Positions 56,575-64,000 of a stretch of 64,000 nucleotides of DNA are shown in pieces. How positions within the stretch are numbered: position 1 is the stretch's first letter; every line of letters starts with the position of its first letter. The stretch lies in NCBI RefSeq assembly GCF_009914755.1, contig NC_060948.1; one strand, 5' to 3'. The translations under genes and the position numbers were made by a program. Source of the stretch: the human T2T-CHM13v2.0 reference genome, Homo sapiens. A model generated the notes under the pieces. It saw only the letters and a list, made by a program, of their open reading frames with translations. It ran no database searches and was not told where the DNA came from.

Positions 56575-59500
56575 ATTGGATGGGATTGGAATGAAATGTA
56601 CTGGAAAGGACTCGAATTTCATGAAACGGAATGGAATGAATTGGAACGGAATGGACTCGAATGGAATGGAATGTCATGGAATGGCATCAAATGGAATGGC
56701 ATCAAATGGAATGGAATCGAATGCAATGGAATGCTATGGAATGGAACGGAATGCATTGGAATGGAATGTCCTCTAATGGAATGGATTCGAGTGGAATGGA
56801 ATCGAATATAATGGAGTCGAATGAAATGGAATTGAAAGGAATGGGATCGAATACAATGGAATATACTGGAATGTAATGTAATGAAGTGGAATGTAATTGA
56901 CTGGAATGGAATGTACATGAATGGAATGTAATCGAATGGAAAGTAATCCAATGGAATAGAATCTAATGCAATAAAATCGACTCAGATAGAGTAGAATGTT
57001 ATGGAATGGAGTGCAGTGCAATGGAATGGAATGGAATGGAATGCAATGGAATGGAATGGAATGGAATGGAATGGAATGGGATGGAATGGTATGGAATGGA
57101 TAGTAATGGACTGGAGTGAAATGGACTGGAAAGGAATGGACTCAAATTGAAAGGGCTCGAAAGGAATGGAGTCAAATGGAATGGTCTGGAATGGAATGAA
57201 CACGAATGTAATGCAATCCAATAGAATGGAATCGAATGGCATGGAATATAAAGAAATGGAATCGAAAAGAATGGAAATAAATGGAATGGAATTGAATGGA
57301 ATGGAATTGAATGGAATGGGAACGAATGGAGTGAAATTGTATGCAGTAGAAGAGAATAGAATGGAATGCAAGCGAAAGGAAAGGAATGGATTGGAATGGA
57401 ATGGAATTCATTGGAATGGAAGGGAATGTAGTGTAATGGACAGGCCTGGAATAAAGTGGAATGCTACGGTCTCGAATGGAATAAAAATGTATGGAATGGA
57501 ATGCAATGAAACGGAATCGAATGTCATAGAATGTAATGGAATGCAAAAAAATGGACTCCAAAATCATTGACTGGAAAGGCTGGGTGTCGAAAGGAATTGA
57601 CTCCAATGGAATGGAATCGAATGGAATGGAAGTGAATAGAATCGAACTAAATCGAATGGAATGGAATTGATAGGAACGGAATGGAAAGGAATGCAATGAT
57701 TTGGCATGGAATGGAATCGAATGGCATCGAATGGAATGGAATGGAATGCAATGCAATGGAATGTATTAGAATGTAATGAACTTTAATGGAATGTACTCGA
57801 ATGGATTCGACTGGAATGGAATGTTCTGGAAGTGAATGGACTCCAATGGAATGGATTGAAAAGGAATGGAATCGTACGGAATGGAATCTAATGGAATGGA
57901 ATTAAATGGAAATGAATCAAATTGAATAGCACGGAATTGAATTGAATGGAATCGAATGCAATGGAATCTAATGAAATGGAAATGATAGGAATGGAATGGA
58001 ATGGAATGGGCTGGAATAGAAAGGAATCGAAACGAATGGAATGGAATCGAACTGAAGAGACTGGAATGGAATGCACTGGAATGGAAGGGAGTGTAATGGA
58101 ATGTTCTCGAAAAAAATGGAATCGAATGGAATGGAATTGAATGGAACGGAATAGAGTCGAATGGAATTGAATGGAATGGAATGGACTAGAGTGAAATGGA
58201 ATCGAACCACAAGGAATGGACAGGAAGAGAATGGTCTCGAATTGAATGGAATCGTATGGAATGGCATCAAACGGAATGGAATGGACAGCCACGGAATGGA
58301 ATGCACTCGAATGCAATGGAGTCGAAACTAATGGACTGGAATAGAATGGACTCGACTGGTACGGACTCCAATGGAATGGATTCGAATGGAAGGGAATCGA
58401 ACGGAATGGACTCGAAGGGAAAAGACTGCAATGGAAAGGTCTCGAATGGAATGGAAATTAGTGGAATGGAATGGAATCCAATGAAATGGAGTCAAAAGGA
58501 ATGGAATCGAATGGCAAGAAATCGAATGTAATGGAATCGCAAGGAATTGATGTGAACGGAACGGAATGGAATGGAATCCAAAGGAATGGAATAGAATGGA
58601 ATGGAATCGAATGGAAAGAACTCGAATGGAAATCACTCGAATAGAATGCAATTTAATAAAATAAGATCAAATGTAATGTAATGGAATGGAAAGGAATCGA
58701 AACGAAAGGAATGGAGACAGATGGAATGGAATGGAACAGAGAGCAATGGTATAGAATGGAATGGAATCATCTGGAATGGAATTGAATGGAATGGAATAAT
58801 ATGAAATGGAATGGAATGGAATGGAATGCCCTTGAATTAAATGGACTGGAATGGAATGGACTCGAACAGAGTGGAATGGAAAGTGTTGAGATAGAATGGA
58901 ATGGACTCCTTTGGAATGGTCTAGTATGCAATGCAATGGACTGGCAGGGAATCAAAAGGAATGTAATCGAATGGATTGGACTGGAATGCAATGGACTCGA
59001 ATAGATTGGAAACGGAATGCAAAGGAATGGAATGGAATAGTATGGAATGGAATGGAAAGGAATGGAGTGGAATAGACTAGAGTGGAATGGAATGGACTCG
59101 AAAGCAATGGACTGGAATGGAACTTTCTTGAATGGACTGGAATCAAACGGAATGGAATGCAATGCAATCAAATGGCATGGAATAAAACAGAATGAAAGAG
59201 AATCAAATGGAATTGAATCGAATGGAATCGAATGGATTGGAAAGGAATAGAGTGGAATGGAATGGAATTGACTCAAATGGAATGGACTAGAATGGAATGG
59301 ATTCGAATGGAAGGCAAAGGAATGGAATCTATTGGAATGGACAGCAATGGAATGGAAAGGAAGGGATTGGAATGGACTCGAATGGAATGGACTGCAATAG
59401 AAAGGATTCGAATGGAATGAAAAAGAATTGAATGGAATAGAACAGAATGGAATCAAATCGAATGAAATGGAATGGAATAGAAAGGAATGGAATGAAATGG

Positions 59501-60123
59501 AATGGAAAGGATTCGAATGGAATGCAATCGAATGGAATGGAATCGAACGGAATGGAATAAAATGGAAGCAAACTGGCAAGAAATGGAATCGAAATGAATG
59601 GAGTGTTATGGAACGGACTCCAAAGGAATTGAATGTAATAGAATGGAGTGGAGTGGACTCGAATATAATGGACTGGAATGGAATGAAATCACATGGAATG
59701 GGAACGAATGGAATGGAATGGAAAGGAATGGAATCGAATGGAAAGGAATCGAATGGAAGGGAATGAAATTGAATCAACAGGAATGGAAGGGAATAGAATA
59801 GACGGTAATGGAATGGACTCGAATAGAATGGACACGAATGCTCAAATTGAATGGACTCGAATGGAATGGAAACGAAAGGAATGTCATCGAATGGAATTGA
59901 ATCGATTGGAATGAAATGGCATAGAATGGAGTGGAATCAAATGGAATTGAATCGAAAGGAAAGGAAGCGAATGGACTGAAATGAAATGGAATGGAATTGA
60001 ATGGAAAGTAAAGCAATGGAATAGAATGGAACGAAATTTCACGGAATGGAATCAAACTGAATGGAATCAAATCAATGGAATATAATCAAATGGAATGGAA
60101 AGGAATTGAATGGAGTAGATGGG
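56575..60123. repeat. DYZ1 unit 17 (3549 bp)
   Basis: Homologous ORF 56619 to 60168. Confidence 0.93.
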
Positions 60124-63100
60124 ATTGGATGGGATTGGAATGAAATGTACTGGAAAGGACTCGAATTTCATGAAACGGAATGGAATGAATTGGAACGGAA
60201 TGGAATCGAATGGAATGGAATGTCATGGAATGGCATCAAATGGAATGGCATCAAATGGAATGGAATCGAATGCAATGGAATGCAATGGAATGGAATGGAA
60301 TGCATTGGAATAGAATGTCCTCTAATGGAATGGATTCGAGTGGAATGGAATCGAATATAATGGAGTCGAATGAAATGGAATTGAAAGGAATGGGATCGAA
60401 TACAATGGAATATACTGGAATGTAATGTAATGAACTCGAATGTAATTGACTGGAATGGAATGTACATGAATGGAATGTAATCGAATGGAAAGTAATCCAA
60501 TGGAATAGAATCTAATGCAAGAAAATCGACTCAGATAGAGTAGAATGTAATGGAATGGAGTGCAGTGCAATGGAATGGAATGGAATGCAATGGAATGGAA
60601 TGGAATGGAATGGAATGGAATGGAATGGAATGGGATGGAATGGTATGGAATGGATAGTAATGGACTGGAGTGAAATGGACTGGAAAGGAATGGACTCAAA
60701 TTGAAAGGGCTCGAAAGGAATGGAGTCAAATGGAATGGTCTGGAATGGAATGAACACGAATGTAATGCAATCCAATAGAATGGAATCGAATGGCATGGAA
60801 TATAAAGAAATGGAATCGAAGAGAATGGAAACAAATGGAATGGAATTGAATGGAATGGAATTGAATGGAATGGGAACGAATGGAGTGAAATTGTATGCAG
60901 TAGAAGAGAATAGAATGGAATGCAAGCGAAAGGAAAGGAATGGATTGGAATGGAATGGAATTCATTGGAATGGAAGGGAATGTAGTGTAATGGACAGGCC
61001 TGGAATAAAGTGGAATGCTACGGTCTCGAATGGAATAAAAATGTATGGAATGGAATGCAATGAAACGGAATCGAATGTCATAGAATGTAATGGAATGCAA
61101 AAAAATGGACTCCAAAATCATTGACTGGAAAGGCTGGGTGTCGAAAGGAATTGACTCCAATGGAATGGAATCGAATGGAATGGAAGTGAATAGAATCGAA
61201 CTAAATCGAATGGAATGGAATTGATAGGAACGGAATGGAAAGGAATGCAATGATTTGGCATGGAATGGAATCGAATGGCATCTAATGGAATGGTATGGAA
61301 TGCAATGGAATGGAATGTATTAGAATGTAATGAACTTTAATGGAATGTACTCGAATGGATTCGACTGGAATGGAATGTTCTGGAAGTGAATGGACTCCAA
61401 TGGAATGCATTCAAAAGGAATGGAATCGTACGGAATGGAATCTAATGGAATGGAATTAAATGGAAATGAATCAAATTGAATAGCACGGAATTGAATTGAA
61501 TGGAATCGAATGCAATGGAATCTAATGAAACGGAAAGGAAAGGAATGGAATGGAATGGAATGGGCTGGAATGGAAAGGAATCGAAACGAATGGAATGGAA
61601 TCGAACTGAAGAGACTGGAATGGAATGCACTGGAATGGAAGGGAGTGTAATGGAGGGTTCTCGAAAAAAATGGAATCGAATGGAATGGAATTGAATGGAA
61701 CGGAATAGAGTCGAATGGAATTGAATGGAATGGAATGGACTAGAGTGAAATGGAATCGAACCACAAGGAATGGACAGGAATAGAATGGTCTCGAATTGAA
61801 TGGAATCGTATGGAATGGCATCAAACGGAATGGAATGCACTCGAATGCAATGGAGTCGAAACTAATGGACTGGAATAGAATGGACTCGACTGGTACGGAC
61901 TCCAATGGAATGGATTCGAATGGAAGGGAATCGAACGGAATGGACTCGAAGGGAAAAGACTGCAATGGAAAGGTCTCGAATGGAATGGAAATTAGTGGAA
62001 TGGAATGGAATCGAATGAAATGGAGTCAAAAGGAATGGAATCGAATGGCAAGAAATCGAATGTAATGGAATCGCAAGGAATTGATGTGAACGGAACGGAA
62101 TGGAATGGAATCCAAAGGAATGGAATAGAATGGAATGGAATCGAATGGAAAGGACTCGAATGGAAATCACTCGAATAGAATGCAATTTAATAAAATAGGA
62201 TGAAATGTAATGGAATGGAATGGAAAGGAATCGAAACGAAAGGAATGGAGACAGATGGAATGGAATGGAACAGAGAGCAATGGTATAGAATGGAATGCAA
62301 TCATCTGGAATGGAATGGAATGGAATGGAATGGAATGGAATGCCCTTGAATTAAATGGACTGGAATGGAATGGACTCGAACAGAGTGGAATGGAAAGTGT
62401 TGAGATAGAATGGAATGGACTCCTTTGGAATGGTCTAGTATGCAATGCAATGGACTGGCAGGGAATCAAAAGGAATGTAATCGAATGGATTGGACTGGAA
62501 TGCAATGGACTCGAATAGATTGGAAACGGAATGCAAAGGAATGGAATGGAATAGTATGGAATGGAATGGAAAGGAATGGAGTGGAATAGACTAGAGTGGA
62601 ATGGAATGGACTCGAAAGCAATGGACTGGAATGGAACTTTCTTGAATGGACTGGAATCAAACGGAATGGAATGCAATGCAATCAAATGGCATGGAATAAA
62701 ATAGAATGAAAGAGAATCAAATGGAATTGAATCGAATGGAATCGAATGGATTGGAAAGGAATAGAGTGGAATGGAATGGAATTGACTCAAATGGAATGGA
62801 CTAGAATGGAATGGATTCGAATGGAAGGCAAAGGAATGGAATCTATTGGAATGGACAGCAATGGAATGGAAAGGAAGGGATTGGAATGGACTCGAATGGA
62901 ATGGACTGCAATAGAAAGGATTCGAATGGAATGAAAAAGAATTGAATGGAATAGAACAGAATGGAATCAAATCGAATGAAATGGAATGGAATAGAAAGGA
63001 ATGGAATGAAATGGAATGGAAAGGATTCGAATGGAATGCAATCGAATGGAATGGAATCGAACGGAATGGAATAAAATGGAAGCAAACTGGCAAGAAATGG

Positions 63101-63637
63101 AATCGAAATGAATGGAGTGTTATGGAACGGACTCAAAAGGAATTGAATGTAATAGAATGGAGTGGAGTGGACTCGAATATAATGGACTGGAATGGAATGA
63201 AATCACATGGAATGGGAACGAATGGAATGGAATGGAAAGGAATGGAATCGAATGGAAAGGAATCGAATGGAAGGGAATGAAATTGAATCAACAGGAATGG
63301 AAGGGAATAGAATAGACGGTAATGGAATGGACTCGAATAGAATGGACACGAATGCTCAAATTGAATGGACTCGAATGGAATGGAAACGAAAGGAATGTCA
63401 TCGAATGGAATTGAATCGATTGGAATGAAATCGCATAGAATGGAGTGGAATCAAATGGAATTGAATCGAAAGGAAAGGAAGCGAATGGACTGAAATGAAA
63501 TGGAATGGAATTGAATGGAAAGTAAAGCAATGGAATAGAATGGAACGAAATTTCACGGAATGGAATCAAACTGAATGGAATCAAATCAATGGAATATAAT
63601 CAAATGGAATGGAAAGGAATTGAATGGAGTAGATGGG
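60124..63637. repeat. DYZ1 unit 18 (3514 bp)
   Basis: Homologous ORF 60168 to 63682; deletions near 61830 and 62320. Confidence 0.93.
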
Positions 63638-64000
63638 ATTGGATGGGATTGGAATGAAATGTACTGGAAAGGACTCGAATTTCATGAAACGGCATGGAAT
63701 GAATTGGAACGGAATGGAATCGAATGGAATGGAATGTCATGGAATGGCATCAAATGGAATGGCATCAAATGGAATGGAATCGAATGCAATGGAATGCAAT
63801 GGAATGGAATGGAATGCATTGGAATAGAATGTCCTCTAATGGAATGGATTCGAGGGGAATGGAATCGAATATAATGGAGTCGAATGAAATGGAATTGAAA
63901 GGAATGGGATCGAATACAATGGAATATACTGGAATGTAATGTAATGAACTCGAATGTAATTGACTGGAATGGAATGTACATGAATGGAATGTAATCGAAT
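63638..64000. repeat. DYZ1 unit 19, partial (cut by the window edge)
   Basis: The start landmark recurs at 63638. Confidence 0.92.

Larger units (their letters stand above)
1..64000. repeat. DYZ1: Human satellite III (HSat3) array, DYZ1 (Yq12) type; diverged (GGAAT)n pentamers organised in ~3.5-kb tandem units
   Basis: Seen: GGAAT and single-base variants (CGAAT, TGAAT, GCAAT, GGACT) throughout. Unique landmarks recur every 3509-3554 bp, with one conserved EcoRI site per unit and a HaeIII site in most. Known: DYZ1 is the ~3.56-kb EcoRI / ~3.4-kb HaeIII HSat3 repeat of Yq12. The window also matches the DYZ1 sexing primers as I recall them. Confidence 0.95.

Noticed and set aside
61403-61412. 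Short palindromes (GAATGCATTC, TTCGAA, TCGA) as terminators or hairpins
   Set aside because: They are too short, arise from single pentamer variants, and lack a stem plus U-tract architecture.
1-64000. Plus-strand MEWNG-rich ORFs as CDS
   Set aside because: They are direct translations of GGAAT repeats, short, and recur only because the unit is repeated.
1-64000. CRISPR array or other repeat-spacer system
   Set aside because: There are no unique spacers, every landmark recurs each ~3.5 kb, and there are no cas-like ORFs.
1-64000. Embedded Alu, L1, DYZ2 (HSat1B) block or inversion
   Set aside because: I saw no non-pentamer stretch, AT-rich block or strand switch, and unit lengths leave no room for an insertion.
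1-64000. HSat2, chromosome 9 HSat3, or telomeric repeat identity
   Set aside because: The HSat2 CATTCGATTC-type pattern is not dominant and TTAGGG arrays are absent. The ~3.55-kb period, EcoRI/HaeIII landmarks and primer matches point to DYZ1.

Overview
The whole 64 kb is one uninterrupted, single-orientation (GGAAT)n satellite array. It matches human Satellite III (HSat3), specifically the Y-chromosome Yq12 DYZ1 repeat. There are 18 complete ~3.5-kb units (3509-3554 bp, all of length 5n-1) plus 363 bp of a 19th. I found no genes, RNA genes, transposons or CRISPR arrays, and the ORF track consists of reading frames of the pentamer. I see no evidence for a new protein-coding system. The informative content is internal structure: two recent ~7.1-kb two-unit tandem duplications, a one-unit duplication, a subfamily switch in unit 7, one hypervariable tract and a few indels that account for every unit length, four fixed register shifts, and up to three perfect heat-shock elements (nGAAnnTTCnnGAAn) per unit. 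All comparisons were made by eye with help from the ORF track, so breakpoints are approximate.
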